From Dehalococcoidia bacterium (lineage in GTDB: Bacteria; Chloroflexota; Dehalococcoidia; Dehalococcoidales; UBA1222): 51,098 nucleotides of DNA. Each line of letters begins with the position of its first letter. The stretch's first letter is position 1. The stretch lies in the NCBI GenBank assembly GCA_009776735.1, contig WRNG01000003.1, positions 1 to 51,098 on the forward strand, read 5' to 3'. Below, piece by piece: positions 30,668-39,136 of this stretch. Position numbers and translations under genes: made by a program. The notes below the pieces were generated by a model that was not told the origin of the DNA, searched no databases, and worked only from the letters and a program-made list of their open reading frames with translations.

Positions 30668-32422
30668 TTAGTTACCAGTATCCATAAATCGCTGAGCATG
30701 ATAGATGTCTCGATAAAGGCCGTCATGTTGAACAAGTTCGTGGTGAGCTCCAATCTGGCTTATGTACCCCTTATCAATGACTATGACTTTATCCGTCATT
30801 TCAAAGGTGGATAATCTGTGTGAAAAGAGAAGTACGGTACGATTCTTTAGGCTAGAACGTATATTCTGCATAATGCGTTGCTCCATTGAGACATCAATAG
30901 CAGAAAAAGGATCATCCAGAAGCAGAATTTCTGCTTGTCCGTACCATGCTCTGGCCAGTGTAATTCTTTGGCGTTGCCCGCCAGAAACTCGTAGCCCACG
31001 TTCCATCAGCTTTGTCTCAAGACCATTTTCGAAAGTTGTGATGTCATCTGTCATGGATGCCAGTTCAAGCGCCGGGGAAATATCACCGTAATCACGGTCA
31101 AGTGCGACATTGAAAACCACATCAGCCGAAAAGACGAATTGCTCGTAATCCATATAAGAGATTATCCCGCTACGTTGCTCTTTTAATTCCCGCAAAGGAA
31201 CTCCTTTGACAAAGACATCTCCTTCGTAGGGAAACAATCCTGACAATGCCGCTGCCAGAGCGGATTTTCCTGATCCGATGGGACCAGTTATACCAATCAC
31301 CTCACCGCTTTGAGCAGTAAAAGAAATGGCGTGCACTCCGCTATCGTCACTGAACGGGTAGCGGAAAGAAAGAGAATTTACCTGTAACAATGGTTCTGAT
31401 GCGCGTAATGAGACTTCTGATTTGCATAAGTTATCATCGTTGTTCCCTTGAAGCTTGGCACAAATTCTATCCCAAGATGCTTTGGCTCCGTGCCAAGTGT
31501 TCATTACGCGAGCAACGGAAGGTGTTCTGCTAGTCATGGCAGTGAACATGCCCAAATAAGCGGTGAATACACCGACGGTCCATACTCCGTTAACCACATT
31601 TTCTCCCCCCATACCAACTACAACAATGATGCCGCTTGCGGCAATCAGCATGAACAAAGGGGTCGCTCCTCCCTGTAACGCAGAGAGCGCCACGCTCCAT
31701 CGAAGTTGTTCTTCTAACAGTGTGTTTAATTTGCGTCGGTCGGATCTTTCCAAGCCAAACAAGCGTAACAGCGAGATGCCTGAAACGTTATGCTGCAAGT
31801 GGATGTTTATCCCGGATGCTACTTTACGTGTTCTTTGTGACAGTTTATAAAGTGGTGTCCGCAGTAGTTGTGCTAAAACTACCACTATGGGTATCGGGAT
31901 TGACGCAAGCAGAGTGATTTTAGGGCTGAAGAGCATGCATGCAACAAAATAGGATAGAATTAATAGGATTGTATCCCAAATTTCGCGCACAGTAGTCAAT
32001 ACCGATGAGCTTACTTGTTCTACGTCACCGATGATTCGACTCATCAAGTCACCGATTTTTTCTTGGCGTAAATCGGACATGGGCATATTTAGTATTGATG
32101 CCATCAATTCGGTTCGAATGTCACGGTTCATGAGGTTTGTGATAGCGCGTGAATTTAAGCGCTTAACATAGCGAGCAAGTTGAAAAAAAATGGTGGAAGC
32201 TATGAAAGCAAAAAGATATAGATAAAAAAGTGAAAGGGGAGCTTCGTCATTATTAACAAGATTGGCTGCGTCAATGGTCTTGCCGAGGAATACTGCTCCA
32301 AATATCACTGTTGTGTTGTAAACAATTCCGCCGATAGCATGCAGAACGAATTGTTTGGGATATTTAAACAAATACGAGATGAGCCTTGGTTTATTAGTGG
32401 CGATTGGGATTATTTTTTTCAT
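30668..32422 (-). CDS. ABC exporter subunit (TMD plus NBD), heterodimer partner 1
   Basis: GPIGSGKS, VSGGQRQR, degenerate Walker B LLLDD. Confidence 0.93.
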   Translation of the reverse strand: MKKIIPIATNKPRLISYLFKYPKQFVLHAIGGIVYNTTVIFGAVFLGKTIDAANLVNNDEAPLSLFYLYLFAFIASTIFFQLARYVKRLNSRAITNLMNRDIRTELMASILNMPMSDLRQEKIGDLMSRIIGDVEQVSSSVLTTVREIWDTILLILSYFVACMLFSPKITLLASIPIPIVVVLAQLLRTPLYKLSQRTRKVASGINIHLQHNVSGISLLRLFGLERSDRRKLNTLLEEQLRWSVALSALQGGATPLFMLIAASGIIVVVGMGGENVVNGVWTVGVFTAYLGMFTAMTSRTPSVARVMNTWHGAKASWDRICAKLQGNNDDNLCKSEVSLRASEPLLQVNSLSFRYPFSDDSGVHAISFTAQSGEVIGITGPIGSGKSALAAALSGLFPYEGDVFVKGVPLRELKEQRSGIISYMDYEQFVFSADVVFNVALDRDYGDISPALELASMTDDITTFENGLETKLMERGLRVSGGQRQRITLARAWYGQAEILLLDDPFSAIDVSMEQRIMQNIRSSLKNRTVLLFSHRLSTFEMTDKVIVIDKGYISQIGAHHELVQHDGLYRDIYHAQRFMDTGN

Positions 32423-32597
32423 ACTTACTGCTATTATAGTGGAAATATTGGTTTTTGTGTCGGATCAACTGCCATTAGAGGAGAAGTATCCGTTCATATA
32501 GGCACTTCATAATTTAGAGGCATTTGAGGAAAGAATTGTCGTGTTGACCAAAATAGTTCTTTTCGCGATTTCGAGCTTTTGCTATACTTAAAGTGTT

Positions 32598-32670
32598 GCC
32601 AGCGTAGCTCAGCCGGTAGAGCAGCTGTTTCGTAAACAGCAGGTCTGGAGTTCGAATCTCCACGCTGGCT
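32598..32670 (+). tRNA. tRNA-Thr (anticodon CGT), CCA not encoded
   Basis: Acceptor GCCAGCG/CGCTGGC, anticodon arm GCTGT-TTCGTAA-ACAGC, T-loop TTCGAAT. Confidence 0.97.
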
Positions 32671-32699
32671 CTGTAGGTACAAAAAGTGGCTTAGCGGTC

Positions 32700-32855
32700 T
32701 CACTCCTTTTTGTTTATTTTTTCTGGCTCTTGATAGACGGTTACTTTTGGGCGGCTTCCACTAATGCGCGAAAGTTCCCTCATGTGTTCCCTTCCGTATT
32801 TGGCATGGCAGGCTTTACCTGCCTTTGAATTACGTTCTAACTGTGCTTGTGTCAT
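32700..32855 (-). CDS. Small basic protein (51 aa), KGG-motif-like
   Basis: AGGAG SD; MTQAQLERNSKAGKACHAKYGREHMRELSRISGSRPKVTVYQEPEKINKKE; absent from the ORF track. Confidence 0.55.
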   Translation of the reverse strand: MTQAQLERNSKAGKACHAKYGREHMRELSRISGSRPKVTVYQEPEKINKKE

Positions 32856-32933
32856 TTCTTTACTCCTGTTGAAGTTATTGGAAGAGTTGTTAAAGTCGTT
32901 AAAGAAATAGATTTATAGCAACGTATATTGACA

Positions 32934-33023
32934 TTGGTTAGTGCCACTAACCAACTGAAATTGGTAGTGGCTGACGGTAAAAAATACCTTACGGATGTCG
33001 CTGACACTGAACAAGTTTTACGG
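32934..33023 (+). pseudogene. Fragment of a Bro-N / phage antirepressor-like gene
   Basis: LVSATNQLKLVVADGKKYLTDVADTEQVLR resembles the ..NQLK...DGK...TDVADTEQLLR segment of this family (recognised from memory). Confidence 0.7.
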
Positions 33024-33044
33024 AAGAATTATTGCAACAGTCAT

Positions 33045-33073
33045 TTGAATACTACGGATGGGAATGATATAAT
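33045..33073 (+). promoter_or_regulatory. Promoter of the TA operon
   Basis: TTGAAT-17bp-TATAAT with TG extension. Confidence 0.7.
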
Positions 33074-33120
33074 TAGATATTATTATAAGTACATAATTAA
33101 GGGCTTATTGAGGTGCAAAA

Positions 33121-33378
33121 ATGATAGCAATTAGAACAGTAGACATCAGAAATGATTTCAAACGTGTTAGCAATCTTGTAAAGTCTGGCGAAAAAGTATT
33201 GATTGCTCGCCCACGCAATGAAAATATGGTTGTGTTGAGCGAAAAAGAATACAACGCCTTAGATAAAGCGCGTCGTAATGCAGAATATCTTGCGAAGATT
33301 GACAGGGCTGTTGAGCGTGTGGCTGAAGGTCGTGTTATTGTCAAAACTATGGAAGAACTTGAGGAAATGGCTAGGTGA
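33121..33378 (+). CDS. yefM: Type II antitoxin, Phd/YefM family
   Basis: 85 aa, R.DFK.V...V..GE.VLIAR....VVLS..EY; immediately upstream of a Txe toxin. Confidence 0.88.
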   Translation: MIAIRTVDIRNDFKRVSNLVKSGEKVLIARPRNENMVVLSEKEYNALDKARRNAEYLAKIDRAVERVAEGRVIVKTMEELEEMAR

Positions 33379-33635
33379 GAGTTACCTTTGATGAAGAAGC
33401 CTTAGCTGAATACATTGAGTGGCAAATCGAAGATAGAAAAACTCTTAGACGCATCAATGCTCTTATTCAGAGTATTCAACGAGAAGGTTTTATGGTTGGA
33501 ATTGGAAAACCAGAAATGTTAAGAGGACGAAATGAGTTTAGCCGTCGTATTGATGATGTAAATAGGCTGGTATACACCAGCGATGCAGCACGAAACTTGG
33601 TCATACTATCCTGCAAAGGGCACTATGATGATTAA
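33375..33635 (+). CDS. yoeB: Type II toxin, Txe/YoeB family
   Basis: EYIEWQ.EDRK..RINALI, GIGKPE.L, SRRIDD.NRLVY, SCKGHY; GTGA overlap with antitoxin. Confidence 0.92.
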   Translation: MRVTFDEEALAEYIEWQIEDRKTLRRINALIQSIQREGFMVGIGKPEMLRGRNEFSRRIDDVNRLVYTSDAARNLVILSCKGHYDD

Positions 33636-33683
33636 CTTTACGCTTATTCAAACAAACTTTGATTGCAACCTAAAGTATGGTAG

Positions 33684-33848
33684 TCAACTGACATACAGAT
33701 ACGTCATGGTTTTGTTGACGTAAACAAAACCAAAATACAAATAAAGCACGTTGATAACGGGGTTGAGTTTTGGAGAGCAAAAGATCATTTTGCCGACGTC
33801 GGCAAAATGATACAAATACCTAAAACAGCACACATGTTAGCGATGTAA
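33684..33848 (+). pseudogene. Internally deleted or mosaic DinD-like remnant
   Basis: Frame without its own start: ..HGFVDVNKT..IKHVDNGVEFWRA-KDHFADVGKMIQIPK, joining two motifs normally separated in DinD-like proteins (from memory). Confidence 0.65.
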
Positions 33849-34028
33849 GATAGACTGGAACGGATATTGACAAATGTTATATAGAATTATTAAAATTTTT
33901 GCGCAACAAACTAAGTTGCATCTTAAGTGCCCCCAAGTATTAGATAGCCCATTATACGGGTGTTTTCGAGGCTGGGGATTTTGTTATTCTATAGGAGGAA
34001 AGTTTGAATAGGACACTTTTACCTATCT

Positions 34029-34078
34029 TGTTTCGTAAACAGCAGTTCTGGAGTTCGAATCTCCGCGCTGGCTCTGTA
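34029..34078 (+). repeat. attR-like copy of the tRNA-Thr 3' half
   Basis: TGTTTCGTAAACAGCAGTTCTGGAGTTCGAATCTCCGCGCTGGCTCTGTA, 48/50 identical to 32626-32675. Confidence 0.95.
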
Positions 34079-34118
34079 TTATAATCGTTAAAAAAGTACT
34101 TTGTGCGAAAGGGGGGAA

Positions 34119-34889
34119 ATGATGAGCTGTTTGTCCGAAAAATTAAAAGCGTCGTTGCAGGTAACTGCGCCTGCCATGGGATTTTTCCGCAAAACCGCTT
34201 CTGCCAATAAGCCGCGTATGCTTTTGTTGGCGCAGGTTGCTGAGATCCCTGGTGAAACTATGATAACCAATATGCCAGCGATTGACGTATTGCTTCTTAG
34301 TTGTACAAAAAGTGTACCAGCCAAAACCTTGAACACGCTGGTCAAAGCATTGGGAAAGAGTCCTCTTGGCTTATGGGGGCCGAATAAGCTTTCGGGTAAG
34401 GTTATTTCCGAAGTGGATTTCCTCGTCTTCACGGCTGAAAGCATGTCGCTTGCAACTCAAGTGGCAGAAACTGTGGGCAAGGTGTTAGTGATTAAGACGG
34501 ATTGGTCTGATAGCATGTTAAGGACGTTGAACGAAACTTCGCTTGACGCAGTGCTTATTGATTCTGATACAATCTCAACTCTTACATTTTTAGATTTATT
34601 ATGCTTTTCAAGGGTCGGGAATATCGTTAACAAACCGCTATTGGCTCAGGTCCCGGTATCTGTTTCTGAAGGAGAAATCAGAGCTTTATGGAATGCGGGA
34701 GTAGATGCTTTAGTAGTATCTCTGTCAGAGGAAACCTTGGCGGAGACAAAAAAGCTGGCGACACTCTTGGGGACAATTTCATTGCCCGCCAAGAATAAAT
34801 GGCAGAGACCACATGCGCTTGTCCCTTCCCTAAAACAAGAGGGAGCCTCAGTAACTCACGATGATGATGAGGAAGAAGACGAAGAATAG
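34119..34889 (+). CDS. Conserved hypothetical protein, possible degenerate HpcH/HpaI-like barrel, acidic tail
   Basis: Long ORF with alternating beta/alpha pattern, L.NAGVDALVV, DDDEEEDEE tail. Confidence 0.7.
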   Translation: MMSCLSEKLKASLQVTAPAMGFFRKTASANKPRMLLLAQVAEIPGETMITNMPAIDVLLLSCTKSVPAKTLNTLVKALGKSPLGLWGPNKLSGKVISEVDFLVFTAESMSLATQVAETVGKVLVIKTDWSDSMLRTLNETSLDAVLIDSDTISTLTFLDLLCFSRVGNIVNKPLLAQVPVSVSEGEIRALWNAGVDALVVSLSEETLAETKKLATLLGTISLPAKNKWQRPHALVPSLKQEGASVTHDDDEEEDEE

Positions 34890-34897
34890 TTGCCTTG

Positions 34898-36043
34898 TTA
34901 TATCGTCGGGCGAGTGATCTGGTAAAATTTGCCCTCGCTTACTATGGATGGCGCGATGACAATTTCGGCTTTGTGGAATTCGGCAATATTGGCCGCGCCG
35001 CAAATACCCATACAGTTGCGCAAGGCCCCAACAAAATTTTGACTTCCATGAGTCAGTGAAGTCGGTCCAAATAAAATCTGCTCAAGTGAACCAGTGATGC
35101 CGACTTTGATGCGGGTTCCACGCGGGAGTGAAGCGTGAGGGTTAGCCATACCCCAGTGGCAACCATAACCGGGCGCTCCCTCTGCCTGAGCAAAAATCGA
35201 GCCCAACATCACAGCATCAGCTCCACCGGCGATAGCTTTACAAACATCACCGCCTTTACGGAATCCGCCATCAGTGATAACCGGGACATAGCGACCACTC
35301 TCTTTAAAATAGTCATCGCGAGCGAGCGCACAGTCCATGGTGGCGGTGATTTGGGGAACACCAATGCCTAAAACCTCACGTGAGGTGCAGGCCGCTCCGG
35401 GGCCGACCCCAACCAATACGGCGGCAACGCCGGTGCGCATAAGAGCGATGCATGCACTGTAACTCACACAGTTCCCGACAACCACCGGAATGGGAATTTG
35501 ATTGACTAATTCCTCGAATACTAGTCCATGGGCACTCTTGGAAATGTGGTGAGCGCTAGTTACTGTTGAGGCTACTACCAAAATATCTGCTCCGGCGGAT
35601 ACGATTGTATCAAGGTATTTTTTGGTGTTCGCGGGAGCAACGGAGACAGCGCAAATTCCACCGCCGTCCTTTATTTGCTTAATGCGCTCGGCAATTAATT
35701 CTTGTCGAATTGGGGTGGAGTACACTTTCTGCATAAGAGCGGTAACTTCAGTCTCTGCGGCATTGGCAATCTGAGACAGAATTTCGGCAGGGTTATCGTA
35801 GCGGGTTTGCACTCCCTCAAGGTTTAAGACTGCTAACCCACCTAATTTGCTCATACGAATGGCAAAAGAAGTATCGGTAACGCCGTCCATGGCAGAAGCA
35901 ATAATGGGAATTGCAAACTTGAGATTGCCAATTGAATAACTGATATCGGTTTGGTCAGGATTCAAAGTCATGTCCCCCGGGACAATCGCGACTTCATCGA
36001 ATCCGTAAGTGTGGCGTAATTCGCGGAAATGTGGATTTGACAT
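34898..36043 (-). CDS. guaB3: GuaB3-family IMP dehydrogenase-related protein
   Basis: [34 protein letters not shown]; ATG 36043 after AGGAGG. Confidence 0.92.
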   Translation of the reverse strand: MSNPHFRELRHTYGFDEVAIVPGDMTLNPDQTDISYSIGNLKFAIPIIASAMDGVTDTSFAIRMSKLGGLAVLNLEGVQTRYDNPAEILSQIANAAETEVTALMQKVYSTPIRQELIAERIKQIKDGGGICAVSVAPANTKKYLDTIVSAGADILVVASTVTSAHHISKSAHGLVFEELVNQIPIPVVVGNCVSYSACIALMRTGVAAVLVGVGPGAACTSREVLGIGVPQITATMDCALARDDYFKESGRYVPVITDGGFRKGGDVCKAIAGGADAVMLGSIFAQAEGAPGYGCHWGMANPHASLPRGTRIKVGITGSLEQILFGPTSLTHGSQNFVGALRNCMGICGAANIAEFHKAEIVIAPSIVSEGKFYQITRPTI

Positions 36044-36238
36044 TTTGTATCTCCTCCTAGGTTTGTTAAAAAAAGAGGATATCAAAAGCAGGTATGCTAG
36101 TCAAGAGATTTTTGGATGGGATTGTGCCTAGATATTCTTTTTTTAAAGACATTGGCAAAAAATGTTTCCAATCAATTCATAATCATCAAAGCCGTTAACG
36201 GTTTACTCTTACACTAAGCGATATGTTATAATTTCACG

Positions 36239-37054
36239 ATGGCAACACTCTACATTGTGGCGACTCCCATCGGAAATTTAGAAGACATAACCCTGCGAGC
36301 TTTGCGTATTCTGCGAGAGGTTTCACTGATTGCGTCGGAGGATACGCGTACGACTTTTCGCCTTCTCAAGCGTCATAAGATTACCACCCCCTTAACCAGT
36401 TATTTTGAGCATAACAAACAGAGTAAGCTTGAATATCTGTTGGGGAAACTGGCTGGTGGAGATATAGCGTTGGTTTCTGAGGCCGGGATGCCGGCGATTT
36501 CTGATCCTGGCTATGAGTTGGTGGTAGCAGCCAAACGAGAAGGTTTTAATGTGGTCCCAATCCCAGGTCCATCGGCTTTTATTTCGGCACTGGCTGTTTC
36601 AGGGTTGCCAACAGATGCCTGTCACTATCTTGGTTTTTTGCCGCGAAAGACGAGTGACAGACGCCGTTTATTGGAAACAGTGGCCCATGAAATGGTAACG
36701 CTTGCGGCATATGAAGCGCCACATCGCTTAATCGTGGCGTTACGTGATATAATGGACATCCTGGGAAATCGTCGGGTAGCCGTATGTCGCGAACTGACAA
36801 AATTGCATGAGGAAGTATTTTGTGGGACAGTGGGCGAGGCCATCGCGCATTTTGGGTTGCCAAGGGGCGAATTTACTCTTATTATTGATGGATTTACGAG
36901 CCCTGCCTCGTCAAATAGTGTGACTGAGGTTACGGCTCAATTGCTGGAGCTTAAAAAGAACGGGGTGACAGCGAAGGAAGCATTGGAGCTTATTGCCAAG
37001 GGAAACGGAATTTCGCGACGGGACTTATATCGCGAATGGTTGAAATTGAAATAG
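36239..37054 (+). CDS. rsmI: 16S rRNA C1402 2'-O-methyltransferase
   Basis: LYIVATPIGNLEDIT, EDTR, SEAGMPAISDPG, RELTKLHEE. Confidence 0.98.
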   Translation: MATLYIVATPIGNLEDITLRALRILREVSLIASEDTRTTFRLLKRHKITTPLTSYFEHNKQSKLEYLLGKLAGGDIALVSEAGMPAISDPGYELVVAAKREGFNVVPIPGPSAFISALAVSGLPTDACHYLGFLPRKTSDRRRLLETVAHEMVTLAAYEAPHRLIVALRDIMDILGNRRVAVCRELTKLHEEVFCGTVGEAIAHFGLPRGEFTLIIDGFTSPASSNSVTEVTAQLLELKKNGVTAKEALELIAKGNGISRRDLYREWLKLK

Positions 37055-37073
37055 TATTACCGGGGAGAATAAA

Positions 37074-37337
37074 ATGAGAAGAGGTTGCTTATCTGTCGGT
37101 ACGGTTAATTGTGATATCTGTAACCGTCACATTCCTTATCCAGAGCGTTACGTCATGGTTGACGAGGATGGTAAAGGAGATGAAGTGAGATTGGGCGGTA
37201 AGAGTGTCCGTTATTGTATAGAATGCGCTCAGAAAAAAGGCTATGCTCACTACAAAGAAATCAAAGGCGAAATGACACTTACTTTTCTGCGTGATGGTGG
37301 AGACGTGATAAGCGATCCCGTCGCAGAAAATGATTAA
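37074..37337 (+). CDS. Small hypothetical protein with two CxxC motifs (likely zinc-binding)
   Basis: CDIC...CIEC; GGGGAG SD. Confidence 0.75.
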   Translation: MRRGCLSVGTVNCDICNRHIPYPERYVMVDEDGKGDEVRLGGKSVRYCIECAQKKGYAHYKEIKGEMTLTFLRDGGDVISDPVAEND

Positions 37338-37450
37338 ATGGGACGGTTATTAAAACTGAGACAAATGTTTAACAATTGAGTCTGTTCTTTTCTCTATCAG
37401 TGGTCTATTGTCTCAAAGAATGCTAAATTTCCACTTTTCAAAGCTGAAAA

Positions 37451-39121
37451 ATGACTGAAAATATTCTAATTGCTGTTGCTTGGCCATATGCGAACAGTCG
37501 ATTGCATTTGGGACATGTGGCTGGGGCATACCTTCCGGCGGACATCTTTGCTCGTTACCATCGTATTAAAGGTAACCGCGTCATAATGGTTTCGGGCTCT
37601 GATCAACATGGTACCCCCGTGACAATCCGTGCCGAAGCTGAAGGTAAAACTCCAGCTGAGATAGCTGACAGATACCATCAATTATTCTTGGAAGATTTTG
37701 CCAAACTGGGTATTTCTTGGGATTTGTTTACTTCAACCAGTACGGATAACCATAAGAAAACAGCACAGGAAGTATTCCTCAAACTACATCAAAAAGGTTA
37801 TATTTATCAGCGGAGTGTTTGCCAACCTTGGTGTGATAAGTGCAGACGTTTTTTGCCCGATCGTTATGTTGAAGGGACTTGTCCAATCTGTAAATCAACC
37901 AATGCGCGTGGAGATCAGTGCGAACAGTGCGGTAAACCAATGAACGCTTCCGAACTTCTTGACGCCCGTTGTCGAACTTGTGGCAATGCGCCGGAATACA
38001 AGGAGTCGGAGCATTTATTCTTTAAGCTTTCAGCATTCGAAAAGCCGCTTTTGGATTGGGTCAGTACACAATCACATTGGCGTGCCAATGTGCAAAACTT
38101 TACTAAGCGCTATCTTGAGGAGGGACTTCATGATCGTGCCATTACGCGTGATATAGATTGGGGTGTGCCTCTGCCGTTGGACGGCTATGATGAGAAGCGC
38201 CTTTATGTTTGGTTTGAAGCGGTTATAGGTTATTTATCGGCCAGTAAAGAATGGTCGGAAAAATTAGGCAAGCCTGAAGAATGGCGCACTTTTTGGGAAG
38301 GTGATGCACGAAGCTATTATTTTATCGGCAAAGACAACATTCCTTTTCACACTATTGTCTGGCCGGCAATGTTGATGGGATATGAAGGGTTGGCGCTGCC
38401 ATATAATGTGCCGGCAAACGAGTTTTTAACAATCGAATCACAAAAATTCTCAAAGAGTCGCAATTTAGCCATATGGGTGACGGATTACTTTGAGCGCTAC
38501 CAAGCTGATCCGTTGCGGTATTTGCTTTCAGCGAATATGCCGGAAACAGCAGACACTGATTTTTCCTGGCGTGAATTTGTCAGACGCAACAATGATGAAC
38601 TTGTCTCTACCTATGGCAATTTGGTCCAGCGCGTGCTGACATTTACCTACGGACGTTTTGAGGCTGAAGTGCCTTTCCCCGGTGAGATTGACGAAGCAAG
38701 TCAAGTGATGTTGGGGAAAGCAACTGCGATTTTTGAGGTGGTGGGCAATTTGTTAGCCAGCTGTCATTTTAAAGAGGCTTTACGTGCCGCCATGTCATTA
38801 GCGCAAGAAGCGAACCGATATTTGGATGAAAAAGCTCCGTGGAAAGCCATTAAAACTGACCGCCAGAACTCGGCGTTGTCATTATATGTGGCTATTGCGG
38901 TTATAACGGCACTAAAGACAGTTCTGTATCCGTTTATCCCGTTCAGTTCGCAGAAAGTACATGACTATTTAGGATTACAAGGCAATATTGAGGACTCTGG
39001 TTGGCAACTAGCCTTACCGCAACCGGGAAGCAAACTAAAGCAACCACAGGTGCTTTTTACAAAATTAGAAGAGGCTGTGGTTGAAGAGGAAATGCAGCGG
39101 ATGGGGCTCATCGCAAACTAG
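37451..39121 (+). CDS. metG: Methionine-tRNA ligase (no C-terminal tRNA-binding domain)
   Basis: PYANSRLHLGH, zinc knuckles, YVWFEA, GKDN, KFSKS. Confidence 0.98.
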   Translation: MTENILIAVAWPYANSRLHLGHVAGAYLPADIFARYHRIKGNRVIMVSGSDQHGTPVTIRAEAEGKTPAEIADRYHQLFLEDFAKLGISWDLFTSTSTDNHKKTAQEVFLKLHQKGYIYQRSVCQPWCDKCRRFLPDRYVEGTCPICKSTNARGDQCEQCGKPMNASELLDARCRTCGNAPEYKESEHLFFKLSAFEKPLLDWVSTQSHWRANVQNFTKRYLEEGLHDRAITRDIDWGVPLPLDGYDEKRLYVWFEAVIGYLSASKEWSEKLGKPEEWRTFWEGDARSYYFIGKDNIPFHTIVWPAMLMGYEGLALPYNVPANEFLTIESQKFSKSRNLAIWVTDYFERYQADPLRYLLSANMPETADTDFSWREFVRRNNDELVSTYGNLVQRVLTFTYGRFEAEVPFPGEIDEASQVMLGKATAIFEVVGNLLASCHFKEALRAAMSLAQEANRYLDEKAPWKAIKTDRQNSALSLYVAIAVITALKTVLYPFIPFSSQKVHDYLGLQGNIEDSGWQLALPQPGSKLKQPQVLFTKLEEAVVEEEMQRMGLIAN

Positions 39122-39136
39122 AAAAGGTGATAACAG

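Larger units (their letters stand above)
32626..34078. mobile_element. Degenerate tRNA-Thr-integrated mini-island without integrase
   Basis: 50-bp direct repeats 32626-32675 and 34029-34078 (2 mismatches); AT-rich interior with a TA pair and gene scraps. Confidence 0.85.

Noticed and set aside
34029-34078. Second tRNA-Thr gene
   Set aside because: Lacks the 5' acceptor strand and D-arm; it is an att duplication
37356-37415. T-box or SAM leader before metG (TGAGACAA/TTGTCTCA inverted repeat)
   Set aside because: Spacer is only ~110 bp, with no T-box (TGGNACC) or S-box consensus
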